From contig OZ024742.1 of NCBI GenBank assembly GCA_964016885.1, positions 18,228,001 to 18,292,000 of the forward strand: a stretch of DNA of 64,000 bases. Reading direction: 5' to 3'. This stretch comes from Eledone cirrhosa. Taxonomy: Eukaryota. Of this stretch, positions 29,501-39,689 are shown one piece after another. Position 1 is the stretch's first letter. The number at the start of each line of letters is the position of its first letter. Below the pieces are notes generated by a model. That model worked only from the letters and a program-made list of their open reading frames with translations, was not told the DNA's origin and searched no databases. Both the position numbers and the translations under genes were made by a program.

Positions 29501-32500
29501 GATGTAGCGTCATAAGGCGTAGAAGTTTCTCTATCAAAGATGGAATTAGTATAATTAAGAATAGATTCAGTGGTAAAAACTGAGCTTGAAATAGAAGCAA
29601 ATGTTGAATTTTCATAAATGGAATCAGAGCTTTCGTTCAATGTTTTGCCAGAGCTTTTGGATATATTTAAAATTGCTGTTAGGTTTAAATCTTGAGAAGG
29701 GATATGAATCCTGTCTGTTCTTCCTTGGTGAGAAATGTTTCTGTTTCCTTCTGTGGTACCAAGAACAAATGGTGTTGTTATAGTTGTAGAACTTTTGTAA
29801 GTATTATTGGTGATAGGAGTAGGTATAGTATTAGAAGGAATTTGTTCTGTTGATTCAGGTGAAAAATGGGGAGTTGTTTGGTGGACTGAAGTAAGTTTAA
29901 ATATAGAAGTGATGAGGGAGAGAGAAGTTGTAAATTTGTGAGGAGAAACATATGGAGTGGGAAAAAGTGTAGAAGTTGCAGTAGTAGTAGTAGTAGTAGG
30001 AACAGTAACTCTAGAGATAGGAATAGTGGTAGTAATAGTAGTGGGAGTAGTAGTGTGAGTAGTAGTAGGGATTGGAGTAGTTGTAGTAGTAGTACTCATA
30101 GATGAAGGAGAAACTGGACGTTTCTGTAAAGATGGTGTTGTAAAAGGGAAGAGTAATCGCTGAGATTGTGTTGGTATGAATGTAGTTGATGTGGAAGATG
30201 GTCTTTTGTTAGGTTCCTGTGGAGGAAATTTCCTATTATGTATTGTGTTTCCTGGATTTCCTTCTTCAAATATAGGAATTTTATGTGTAGTTCTTAATAA
30301 GTTTTCTGTTGTGGTTTTAATTATTGGGAATTCAACATCATCCCATAAAGGATATTTAGAGTTCCATCGATTCTGGAAACGAGCATTCATTATCAAATTT
30401 CTTGACTCCTCATAGAATGAATCGGGGTCTTCAAGATGTTTCTTTTTCTCTGTGGGAAATATAATAACATAACTTTAATTTGATGGCAACCAAACTTCAT
30501 TTCTATAAAACATTTACTGTAAAAATCTAGATTTTTCTGACATATTTTTATGTGAAACAATGAATACGGTAGATCACCTTAAGAAAATGTTCATTATCAA
30601 AAACAAAAGCAAAAAAGGACATTCTAAAGTATGAATAAGTGATAATCCATTACATTAACCCTTTAGCATTTAAACTGATCATATCCGGCCTGAGTTCTCT
30701 CACCTCTTTCTGTTCAAACCAGCCATAACTGGCCACTCATACCAGCATTAAGGTATTATTCTCAAAATAAATATCAAAATCTCATAGATTCGATATTATG
30801 TGAGATAATTATGTGGGATAGAACCTTTATTGTGAAAATACAATAGTAAATATAGAGTAAATACTAAAGGGTTAATCAGTGCAATAAGGGCCAGACTTTC
30901 CCTTGCTGAGGAACAAACCACCAGCATCAGTTGTTAGTTGTTGGGACACTGCATCCTTCAAAACTTCCATGCATCCCAAAATTCACCAACACTACACCTG
31001 ATATGCCTCCTCCATACACATGCATGCATGTGTGTGCGTGTGTCTGAGTATATATCATGACTCATACACTGTTCACTTTCCTGACATTTGTACATTATTC
31101 TATGTACTATACATGCACCTTTAATGAGTTGTAGTGAACCTGAGCATTGTACACAATAATTTTCATTATTTTCATTATTATTATTATTATTATTATAACT
31201 TATTATTATAAAGGCGGTGAATTGGCAGTATCGGTAGAGGGTCGGACAACATGCTTTCCAGCATAGTTACGTCCCTTTACGGTCTGAGTTCAAATCCCGT
31301 TGGGGTTAACTTTGCCTTTTATCCTTACGAGGTCGATAAAATAAAGTACCAGTAATACACTGGGATAATTGCTGGCCTTGTGCCAAAAGTAGAAACAATT
31401 ATTATAACTTACTTGCATCTGATTTTTCAGAAGAAATAGTTAATGAGAAAATAAGGGCACATAGTACTATACAACAAAAAACAACAGCCTGAATTGTACG
31501 TTTTTCTCTTTGTGATCTTGTTGCCCACCATCCATAATTTATGAATCTGTAAAAATAAAACAAAATATTTATGTGTAACTAATGAATTTATTGTTTATCT
31601 GAAGTACACAATAATGAAAGTTTTTTTTTTACAAAAAAGATTTAAGGAAGGAAAAAAAAGGGTGAGGAATGGGAAATGGGAATATTGGTGAATCTCTATA
31701 TTCTTGACAGGATTGGTGTGTATATCTCAGCTGAACTTCACAGAAAAGATGGTGTAACAGCCAGCATCAATCACTGTAACAGCCATTTCACCTCATAGGG
31801 CTTATATCTCAGGAGAAGGCAATTCTCATGATAAAATATTTTGTAATTCAAAATCAACTCAATAAAACCGTTTTGAAAAATAATTCAATTTTTTCACTTT
31901 TGATCATTTTTAATATATATATTAAAAAAAAAATCCCATGAAGCCTATAATTACCAAATTAAATTTTCTTGCATTTAAAAGTTGTGAAGTTATTCTCTGA
32001 ATTTGTCAAGTTCTATGTTTTTATTTTAACTCTTAAAGTCCTGTACCACATAAAACTACATTAGCAATACATTCTTGAGAAGTACAACACAGCACTATGA
32101 TTGTATCACATTAAAAATTAAAGTCTCTCCTCTTTAGCTCTGAATTTTCTCAATGATCTATCCACTAATAAAAAAAACTATAAATAAACATGTTTGTTAA
32201 CCCTTTCATGACTTCATATCTAATGAAATACACTATATTTTAATTAATTAATGAAGAATTTTGAAGGATTTACTAAAATTATTAATTATTCCATTACTAA
32301 GATAGTAACTTAATGTAAGGTTCTTATATAAAATTATGTTGAATGATTTTAATTTAAATTGAAAACCTTTAAAATAGGTGGTTTTATTACATAGTACCAG
32401 AGCCGGTTTTGGCTGAGTTGGTAACTAAAGGGTTAAATCAAATATTTTCTGCTAAATCATAAAAAGATGTTAAGAGTTATTCAGTAAATCTTTTGCTTGT

Positions 32501-33665
32501 ATAAATTTGAACATTGGTAAATCAAAGAAATAAACATTCAGCAAAGTATTTTGGTAATTGTATTATTTCTGTTTTTATAAACTATCAGTGTTGTTTGACA
32601 TTGAATTCAGGCTGCATTTATACACATCACCATCAGCTTCTGCTGAGAAATAGCTTTAGCTCTTTTCTTCAAATACTCAGTCATGTAATACCTAACACAA
32701 GATACAAGACACTACACCTGATATTCCACCCCCACACACATGCACACATGTGTATCTGTATCTGTGTGTATGTCATGACTCATACACTGTTCACTTTCTT
32801 GACTTTTTTTCATTATTCTCTGTACTATACATGCACCTTTAATGAGTTGTTATACACCTGAGCACTGTACACAATAATTTTCATTATTATCATTATATTA
32901 TTATATTTATACACACCAGGATATTATCCTGGTTATCTATGGAAGTTTATCCACAAAAAGTTTGTAATAAATGAATTATTAAACTAAAAATAATTGTTTC
33001 TACTTTTGGCACAAGGCCAGCAATTATCCCACTGGTACTTTATTTTATCGACCCCGTAAGGATGAAAGGCAAAATTAACCTTGGCGGGATTTGAACTCAG
33101 ACCATAAAGGGCCGTAACTCTTTGCTGCAAAGCATGGTGTCCGACCCTCTACCGATACTGCCAATCCATAAAAATAATGTTGGAAGATTTTAATTTAAAT
33201 TGGAAACCTTGAAAATGGGTGATTATATTTCATAGGACCAGAGGTGGTTTTGGCTTGGTTGGTAACCCTAACCCTAAAGGGTTAAAGGGTTACCAACCAA
33301 GCCAGAGGTAACTAAAGGGTTAAAAATGCTAAAATGCATGTTAAACTATCATATTAACCTAGTTAACTTAATTCCTAGCCTTGTCAAATACTTCCTATTT
33401 TCTCCAAACTGTTTTTTAACTTCTAATATAGATTTATTATTTCAATCTATGGATGGGAATAATATATCTACACAGACCCCCCCCCCTCCGGGGCACACAC
33501 CACCATATCCCCACACACATGCAGACACACACACATACAGGCACAGACATCCTCCATGAAACACACACACACATAATACACTCACTTATATCCACAAACA
33601 CAACACCATATATATATATATATATAGGGAGGGAAAGAGTGAGAGAGCAAGAAAACACACACACA

Positions 33666-33723
<58 letters not shown>

Positions 33724-36169
33724 CGTGTATTTTTTCCTAGTATATCAAGTGTAAAACTAAATATATTTATTCATTGTACTGTGGCATTTGGTTTATTTCT
33801 GTTTGCATTTTGCACACACACACACACACACATATATATAGAGAGAGAGCGAGTGAGGGAGGAAATTATATTTTCTAAACAATTCCATTCTTTTTCAAAA
33901 TGAATAAAAAATAATATTTGTGATAAAATAAATAATTTTCTAACCTTTGAGGTCTAAAGTTAACATTCATTTTTAGCAGCTGAGAAGTACGTAAGATGTT
34001 GTATCTCCTCCCAATGACTTGTTAATGTAGAGAGGAAATAAACAGTTGAATTAAGAAGATTATAGTGGCCATGTGATATAAGTAAAATAAGCTGAGGGTG
34101 AAATTAAACCATACATAGATATATATATGTATGATATAATGATTATGATGATGTTGATGATGGTGATGATGATGATGGTGGTGGTGGTGGTGGTGGTGAT
34201 AATCTATAAACTAGATTTGATAGATAAGCAAGAAATGTAGGTAGTGGCACGTGGCTAATGTGAAGTCTTATGAGATTAACATTGATATTCACGTGAAGTG
34301 TCTCCATTGCAAAGCAACATTTCATAACGATGTAATTCCTACCCAGATAAGCCACTGTTTATTGACTTCTTAGTAGGAAAAAATATCATATCTATAAATC
34401 TGCTTCGTTAATCCTATCGACTATTATTTTAAGCCAACAGCAATGACTAGAAAATAACAGAAGTTGTTATTTAGCCCCAGGTTATTTTCCTTTGAATCAA
34501 AGGCGTGATTGTGACAATCAACATCTTCTTTTTTTTCTAGGCATAGGGTGCTCTGGAATATATTATCTAAAGTAGTTATTTTAGGACAGTAAGGGGGCGG
34601 ATTAGCAGTATTAGTAGAGTGTTGGACATCATGCTTTACAGCATAGAGTTACAGCCCTTTATGGTCTGAGTTCAAATCCTGCCGAGGTTAACTTTGCCTT
34701 TCATCCTTACGGGGTCGATAAAATAAAGTACCAGTAATACACTGGGATAATTGCTGGCCTTGTGCCAAAAGTAGAAACAATTATTTTAGGACAGTAAGGG
34801 CAACGGATTGGCAGTATTAGTAGAGTGTCAGACATCATGCTTTATTGCATTTAGTTATGGCTCATTACGTTCGGAGTTCAAATCCTGCCAAGGTTAGCTT
34901 TGCCTTTCATCTTTACAAGGTCAATAAAATAAAGTACCAGTAATGCACTGGGGTAAATTTAATCAACTTTCCTCTCCTCCAAAACTGTTGGTCTTGTGCC
35001 TAAATCAGAAACCCTTATTTTTAGGACAGTAGGGAAGTAGATTGGCAGAATTGGTAGCGCGGTGGAGTTGGATAAAATGTTATCGTGATATTTGTTCTGG
35101 CATTTTATATTCTGAGTGAGAATGTTGCTGAGGTCAGCTTTACCTTTTCATTCTTCAAGGGTCAATAAAATAAGTACTGGAGTCAATGTAATTGACTTTC
35201 TCCTCCCCCTTCTAAAATTTATGGCCTTGTCCTAGCAGTAGCCTGGTGACTAATCCAATCTCTGCTGCGCTTTGGGCCAAGGAGGATAAATTCTCCAACA
35301 GGTTTGTGGTTGAGCCTGTAGCAGTGAAGATTTCTTGTGTCCTTGGCCCTAGGACCACACCCTACTCACAATCATGCGCACAGAGTTGGATACCTGCAAG
35401 TGTGAGCCTCACGAGCTGGAATGGCTCTTCCAACGCATCTCCCTCCTCCTCCTCTGGGAAACGCCTTCTCTATTCTGTTCACCAGGGCCATAGAGCAGCC
35501 AGCATGTGGGTTCCCATTTACTTATAAAAGTGAGAGATGGGGAGGGCTAGAGAGACAGAGGCAGGGAGTGAAAGAGAGAGAACATTAATACACACACATA
35601 ACGACACAGAAATAAAAGTAAATCTTTTATGTGGAACCTCTATAAAGGCAGTAGACTAGCAGCAATGTCAATGTATCAAATGAAATACATTACATAGCTA
35701 CGTTCTGATTGCTATTTCTGATGGGGTCAACTTTACCTTTCATTCTTATGGAGTTGATAAAATAAAGCACCTGAAAACTATTGGGGTCAGTATAATTGAC
35801 CTTTCCTCATCACCCCAAAATTGTAAGACTTGTGCCTAATTAAAAAAAAAAGTTATTTTTCAGATGGTAGGTTGTGACTTAAGGGAGATATAGCTACTAT
35901 TTCTAGCAGGTAGTCAAGTGATCATGTCATTGCTCCCTTGTTGGCTTGTGAAAACAAGAAGTGAATTAATTACTGCGAGTTTGAAGTTATGTAATTGTGT
36001 GACTAAATTGTCTAATTAACTTTTCAACAAAGACTTACACAGCCATTATTTTCAACTATTATCTAAATATAAATCTAATAATAATCTACACAGAATAGAT
36101 CAATAAAAAGTTATTGATTACTAAATGACTACAGATTTGTATGCTTACTTTTGATGGCTTAATCTTCAT
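10327..36169 (-). CDS. Neprilysin/ECE-like M13 family type II membrane protein with mucin-like stalk; predicted catalytically inactive (HAYIH); partial, 3' exons outside window
   Basis: About 19 exons; all but the one at ~19.7 kb have GT-AG ends and consistent phases. They give a TM anchor, ECLEDECL..DENTAPCDDFYQYICGNW, AEKNAKTLYKSC, IKAFY..QNSIYIPA, FGALGSVVGHAYIHSLD, GSQFDDNGNMRTWW. Confidence 0.9.
10838..11460 (+). mobile_element. Highly degraded, internally deleted RTE fragment
   Basis: Patchy similarity by eye to the RTE copies (ctgatatgctgaggatttagccctcatagctga ~ LYADDLALIAE). Confidence 0.6.
11572..11639 (-). CDS. M13-like gene zinc-motif exon (AMQFGALGSVVGHAYIHSLDLQ)
   Basis: tag|A GCA ATG...CAA G|gtattt, phase 2-1; aligns with NYGxIGxVIGHEITHGFD. 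Confidence 0.92.
11872..12058 (+). mobile_element. Fold-back remnant in (TA)n with degenerate minimal hammerhead motif (Penelope-like)
   Basis: Arms 11940-11983 / 12014-12057; ccgag-CTGGAGA-tccgcataaggt-GAAAC-aatt-GTT; same family as 13514-13823 in opposite orientation. Confidence 0.6.
12905..13228 (-). mobile_element. CR1-like LINE 3' end with (ATT)n tail; further copies at ~30918-31200, 32710-32905, 42365-42690, 43785-44000, 49320-49600 (+)
   Basis: Minus strand reads HDFRKHFFMLRVAEAWNKLP (CR1 ORF2 terminus), then a shared 3' UTR. Confidence 0.8.
13325..13463. repeat. ~66-bp-arm near-perfect hairpin in (TA)n
   Basis: ataattatttaatatagaaatgg..catatgaaataatcag / ctgattatttcatatg..ccatttctatattaaataattat. 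Confidence 0.9.
13514..13823 (-). mobile_element. Fold-back Penelope-like remnant in (TA)n with a minimal hammerhead motif in each arm
   Basis: Inverted arms ~13514-13592 / 13689-13758; flanked by (TA)n on both sides; loop contains 3 copies of gttattcgttcgtcaatacata. Confidence 0.65.
13547..13586 (-). ncRNA. Minimal type I hammerhead ribozyme motif
   Basis: Minus strand: ccgag-CTGAAGA-t-cc gcgaa gg-t-GAAAC-aatt-GTT^ctcgg (stem I ccgag/ctcgg, palindromic stem III). Mirror copy on + at 13695-13734. Confidence 0.55.
14174..14225 (-). CDS. M13-like gene exon (YIPAVMFQQPLFHDDLP)
   Basis: tag|AT...TT|gtaagt, phase 1-2; matches FPAGILQPPFF. Confidence 0.9.
15060..15124 (-). CDS. M13-like gene exon (WSLNAHPFEIKAFYTPEQNSI)
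   Basis: tag|A TGG...ATT T|gtgagt, phase 2-1; matches W..P..VNAFY.P..N.I. Confidence 0.92.
15597..15850 (+). mobile_element. 5'-truncated tRNA-derived SINE with RTE-derived tail
   Basis: Same body as 61037-61381; ends ccgtcccacccttgcaagcaggg..(ATG)n. Confidence 0.85.
16618..16712 (-). CDS. M13-like gene exon (FNENFMSNLFTIDRYKLVRTFSKLRQTNSRG)
   Basis: cag|TTC...AA|gtaagt, phase 0-2. Confidence 0.85.
17556..17937 (+). mobile_element. RTE 3' fragment
   Basis: MCNSNIHE..LHWYGHVMCMKD; (GAT)n tail; preceded by (TA)n. Confidence 0.85.
17955..18020 (-). CDS. M13-like gene exon (LYSMLQMIGSDDTLSADPFIEQ)
   Basis: cag|CTA...CAG|gtaatg, phase 0-0; occupies the IGYPD position. Confidence 0.8.
18170..18475. 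repeat. Unclassified ~310-bp dispersed repeat; second copy at ~26970-27295
   Basis: tcctattggagg..gccctactcaccatgctt..gactctgagg..ccatgaagca..gtagcaggcagaag shared between the two loci. Confidence 0.75.
19657..19731 (-). CDS. Probable M13-like gene exon (LIELIEKIPNLIHLLSGVEL..); 3' boundary uncertain
   Basis: Acceptor aatttatag|TTG at the expected position. No strong donor: either CTC|gtaaaa after 60 nt or a non-GT end near 19656. Confidence 0.45.
19898..20023 (-). CDS. M13-like gene exon (ITSGIGTANRPLSCVLFVGNLMPSVISKIYARRYFSDADKYK)
   Basis: cag|ATA...AAG|gtaaga, phase 0-0; matches RW..C...V...M..AVG.LYV..YF. Confidence 0.9.
20452..20545 (-). CDS. M13-like gene exon (DLIDFVLMKFLMSKIDAMPSPFYNMYQNYKH)
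   Basis: aag|T GAT...CAT|gtaagt, phase 2-0. Confidence 0.85.
21334..21473 (-). CDS. M13-like gene exon (ISWRQIFQTAL..DDEVVLVESPEYLKNL)
   Basis: tag|ATT...AA|gtaagt, phase 0-2; matches .NW..Y......E.VVV..P.YL. Confidence 0.9.
22075..22152 (-). CDS. M13-like gene exon (ITPSATTDVHRKYNLIQIRELEESTQ)
   Basis: tag|ATC...CAG|gtatta, phase 0-0; matches D....YN...L.EL. Confidence 0.85.
22395..22630 (-). mobile_element. 3' end of a CRE-like (restriction-like endonuclease) non-LTR element; degraded relatives at ~15855-15990 and ~51815-51930 (+)
   Basis: 22619-22530 reads CEGAWLFQRISLAITQGNAASVLACLKNH*, the FQRLS.AIQRGNA terminal motif. Confidence 0.7.
23695..23853 (-). CDS. M13-like gene exon (IGILPLQLGNKKNY..VIGLELVLSQ)
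   Basis: cag|ATT...CAG|gtaaat, 53 codons, phase 0-0. Confidence 0.88.
23986..24094. repeat. Hairpin (~36-bp arms) next to (TA)n
   Basis: atagaaaaatgttcaggaccccgacagcagagctcaagct / agcttgagctctgctatcggggtcctgaacattttcctat. Confidence 0.88.
24165..24794 (+). mobile_element. 5'-truncated RTE (same subfamily as 4844-5457)
   Basis: [28 protein letters not shown]; same 3' tail and (GAT)n. Confidence 0.92.
25743..26483 (+). mobile_element. 5'-truncated RTE (same subfamily as 790-4455)
   Basis: [17 protein letters not shown]; 3' UTR matches 4150-4455. Confidence 0.92.
26700..26899 (-). CDS. M13-like gene exon (ENYGKPSLLF..VVKDQKNVSNNILH)
   Basis: cag|AA...CAT|gtaagt, phase 1-0; matches V..D.KNS...II. 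Confidence 0.88.
27329..27412 (-). CDS. M13-like gene exon (DLLMKEPLQYDSKAEKNAKTLYKSCVYS)
   Basis: cag|AT...G|gtaagt, phase 1-1; matches A..KAK.LY.SC. Confidence 0.92.
28273..28431 (-). CDS. M13-like gene exon (VKSFKSSIDENTAPCDDFYQYICGNW..)
   Basis: aag|TA...G|gtacat, phase 1-1; hallmark PC.DFY..CG.W. Confidence 0.93.
29229..30449 (-). CDS. M13-like gene: 1221-nt exon encoding a Thr/Ser/Pro-rich mucin-like stalk ending ECLEDECLIV
   Basis: cag|AG AAA...GTT G|gtaagg, phase 1-1; in frame with ORF 29215-30396. Confidence 0.9.
31213..31402 (+). mobile_element. tRNA-derived SINE with Nin/Deu-like domain; >10 copies (e.g. 20065-20220, 20942-21123, 32990-33166, 34594-35230 x3, 40068-40420 x2, 46025-46230, 50495-50702, 53410-53520, 54090-54320)
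   Basis: A/B-box head (tggcagtatcggta..gagttcaaatcc), core ttgcctttcatccttacggggtcgataaaat, tail ggccttgtgccaaaagtagaaacaatt. Confidence 0.85.
31413..31546 (-). CDS. M13-like gene exon with type II signal-anchor (FINYGWWATRSQREKRTIQAVVFCCIVLCALIFSLTISSEKSDA)
   Basis: cag|A TTC...GCA A|gtaagt, phase 2-1; basic residues followed by a ~20-aa hydrophobic segment. Confidence 0.85.
33945..33979 (-). CDS. M13-like gene short exon (LLKMNVNFRPQ); contains an alternative ATG at 33970
   Basis: ctcag|CTG...AG|gttaga; phase 2 fits the next exon. Confidence 0.55.
36149..36169 (-). CDS. Candidate first coding exon of the M13-like gene (MKIKPSK)
   Basis: ATG preceded by an in-frame TAA; AAA|gtaagc donor, phase 0 fits the 33979 exon; no homology support. 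Confidence 0.35.
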
Positions 36170-36316
36170 TAGTTGTTGTTAATAATGAGAGAAAGTGGTT
36201 ATAAACAACACATTTTCAGTAGTAATCTTTCATATAGAGTATAGTGAAAGTAGGAATTTGGAAACAACTAAATATAACAAATAGTTTATAAACAACTTTA
36301 CAGAAGTTCTGAGCCC

Positions 36317-37155
36317 AACATCTCCAGATGTCACAGACTAAATATACTGAGACACAGAGCAACCTTACATTCCCAGAGTTCAGTATAGATTAGTAACCAA
36401 AGCCTAACATTTCCAGATAGACTGACCTTTCATTCCCAAGGCTCAGTGTAAATTAGTAAGTGAACCCTAACATCTCCAGATGTCACAGACTAAATATACT
36501 GAGACACAGAGCAACCTTACATTCCCAGAGTTCAGTATAGATTAGTAACCAAAGCCTAACATTTCCAGATAGACTGACCTTTCATTCCCAAGGCTCAGTG
36601 TAAATTAGTAAGTGAACCCTAACATCTCCAGATGTCACAGACTAAATATACTGAGACACAGAGCAACCTTACATTCCCAGAGTTCAGTATAGATTAGTAA
36701 CCAAAGCCTAACATTTCCAGATAGACTGACCTTTCATTCCCAAGGCTCAGTGTAAATTAGTAAGTGAACCCTAACATCTCCAGATGTCACAGACTAAATA
36801 TACTGAGACACAGAGCAACCTTACATTCCCAGAGTTCAGTATAGATTAGTAACCAAAGCCTAACATTTCCAGATAGACTGACCTTTCATTCCCAAGGCTC
36901 AGTGTAAATTAGTAAGTGAACCCTAACATCTCCAGATGTCACAGACTAAATATACTGAGACACAGAGCAACCTTACATTCCCAGAGTTCAGTATAGATTA
37001 GTAACCAAAGCTTAACATTTCCAGATAGACTGACCTTTCATTCCCAAGGCTCAGTGTAAATTAGTAAGTGAACCCTAACATCTCCAGATGTCACAGACTA
37101 AATATATACTGAAACTCAGGGTGACCTTTTTCTCCCAGAATTCAGTGTAAATTAA
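36317..37155. repeat. 152-bp tandem repeat, 5 near-identical units plus a partial unit
   Basis: aacatctccagatg recurs at 36317, 36469, 36621, 36773, 36925, 37077. Confidence 0.97.
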
Positions 37156-37942
37156 TAAACAAATCAGCTTGTAGCGCTCTCTAGACAAGGGAAGTAGCTA
37201 GAGTTACTTCCTGTTGACTTTCTAGAACATTCCTTAAAACTTCCGTTCCACGGATTATAAAGGATAGAGCAAAAAAAGCGTTTTTCCTCTTTGGTGGCTA
37301 ACTCTTAAACTGACAACATCGAGCGCAAGCATGTTAAGCTTTTTCTAACCACATCTTATAATTCAGGATTATACCTTGTCATGCCACGAGGTACGTTTTG
37401 TTACCACATTTGTAATACACGGACTACAATAAATGCAAGTTATTTTGATACTCGTTTTGAGAAATTCTTCATGCCTCAGTTATTACTTCGAATGTAGGGA
37501 GAGATAATTCTCACAAAAAAGAAATTGTATGAAAGTTCTTCTATATCTTCTTTCTATTAAAATTAGTTGGGATCCAATGGTACTTACTGGAATAAGTAAC
37601 CCTGGGACCAACTCCCTAAAAGCTGTTTAGAAAATTTCAAACGCAAATAATTTTAAATCACTCATAAACAGAGGAATAATTCTGTTATATGTAACTAAAA
37701 TTAAGAGATTTCTTCTTAGAAAATGCAAGTTTATTTCTAAATTGTTTCTATATTGAATACCTTGATAAGATTCTTTTCTCTTCTAATATCATATCCAACT
37801 GTTTTGCTTTGTAGAACTTATTTATTGGTGAGTAGCAATTGACTAGAACTGATACTTTCATAGAACAAGTCAATGTTGGTATTGAAGCAACAGTTAACTG
37901 GTATATCTATTTCAGAGATATATTTGTTATGTGGTATATATT

Positions 37943-38059
37943 GGAGCTGTGATCTCTCAATTGGAGAAGTAGCGGCTCTACCTGGAGTGACTCTCTGATC
38001 TCTGAGCTATGCGCGCTATCAAGTAATGCTACTTCTCCGAATTGAGAGATCACAGCTCC
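37943..38059. repeat. Hairpin (~31-bp arms)
   Basis: ggagctgtgatctctcaattggagaagtagc / gctacttctccgaattgagagatcacagctcc. Confidence 0.88.
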
Positions 38060-38064
38060 GATTC

Positions 38065-38385
38065 TATGGGTATGTGGTTAGAATGTCCCAGGAAAGAATT
38101 ACTGGACAGATTTTATGGGCAAAAACCAACCGGCAGGAGACCCAGAGGTAGACCCTGAGCAAGATAGTTGGATAATATCCATGAGCTTGGCTGGTCTCGC
38201 CCACTTATACGTGAGAGCATATAAGGGCAGATTCCTCAGACACTCCTACCAGCGGGTCCTGTCAGAAGCAACCGTCTCCAACTGGTCCAGCTTGATCCTC
38301 AAGCGAGATCAGCCAAGCTCATAGATGTTATTCAGCCATCTTGCTCAGCTGGTCTACCCTTGGGTCTCCTGCCGATTGGTTTTTA
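38065..38385. mobile_element. Two LINE 3'-ORF fragments in inverted (tail-to-tail) arrangement; same family at 15995-16200 and 50305-50480
   Basis: 38119-38200 is the reverse complement of 38303-38384 with mismatches; the family encodes RRPRxRPxTRWLD. Confidence 0.7.
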
Positions 38386-39689
38386 TCAGTCTTTAAGAAA
38401 ATTGCTGGTATTTTGGTTTTCATTCCTGCTTTATCACATTCTGTTTTTGGCTTGGTTTCTATGGCTAAATGTTTTTCCTAACACTATCCCCTTTACAGAA
38501 TGTACTGGGTACATTTTATCGTAAGTCTAGTGCTAATACCTTACAGGGTTGACTGGGTGTTTTTTTTGTCATTGCACCAGCAAGGTGGACTGGGAGCTTT
38601 TTGTTGTGGCACCAACACTACCACCTTTCAAGGTGGATTGGAAGCTTTTTGTCATGGCATCAGCTCTACCACCCAAGCAATAATTGACATAGCATGTTTA
38701 AATTTTCAGCAGCTCCAGAGGAATGGAAACACTTGGCCTTATTAATTGTAGAGTGAATGTAAACTTTATTAGATGGTTCAACAATAAAGATTTCTATGTC
38801 AGTTGCAAGGTAGAATGTATTATGTTAATATATGTAGCCACCACTCCTTTTGCCACTTCAATGCCTTCTTAGCCTGACCAAAGATGTCAGTCACTCTCTT
38901 ACCTCATCTCCTTTGAAGGTGTTTAGAAGGACATCTAGGTGACCCACAAGTTCTGTTACAATGGTTAAACAATGTATTTCAGCCAAATCTGAACCAATTT
39001 ACTTGAAAACTTGCACACTAGTTTTTAACATTCTCAGCAATGTTACAGCAAAAATTTATTCAATAAATCCACCTCTTTTCTTTATTACCACCTTAAGTCT
39101 ACCAGGCACTGTTTCAACTACGGCACGCAAGACTTCTAGGATAAAATATATTAGTAAAGACATGGTCATATAATCTGTCTAGTCTGAGATCTTGACAACT
39201 CCTCTAATCCATATAAGCACAGAAAATAGAGATGTAAATCAATGATGATGATGATGATGATGATGATGTTATTGCTGTTGATGTTGTTCAGTTGACTGAA
39301 TGTTACTGTGATTCATTTTCTTTATAATTAATCCTTTGAGTTAATTAATTACTCTGCAACAATCAAACCTGTACTTTAATTCTGGCACTAATTCTATCAC
39401 ACATTAATTATATTTACCAAAACATCACAACAAACACAGTAATGTCATTGAGTGTTTAAGTGTTGTGAATAGTTTAAACTCTGAATATCTGTTGGCCATG
39501 ACCAAGAAAATACCTGAGAAGATCACAATACATCCCATCACCATTTAATATCTATTTTCCATGCTTACATAGATTAGGTGTGCTGTTGTGTACTGAGACA
39601 GGCCAGACCTGTCAGGTAACTACTTCTTGCTCGTATGCTCTGTTCTTTTGGCTTCATTTCTACGTCGGCTCGATGTTTCTCCTAACACC

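Noticed and set aside
29215-30396. Stand-alone 393-aa mucin gene
   Set aside because: It has no ATG start or signal peptide, and is bounded by splice sites in phase with the M13 exons.
33262-33322. Telomere-like TAACCC repeats (also 52020-52034)
   Set aside because: Only 2-3 units; at 33.3 kb they are rearranged MITE ends (taaccc/aaagggtta).
36317-37155. CRISPR-like or coding repeat
   Set aside because: Whole units are identical with no spacers; 152 is not a multiple of 3 and there is no ORF.
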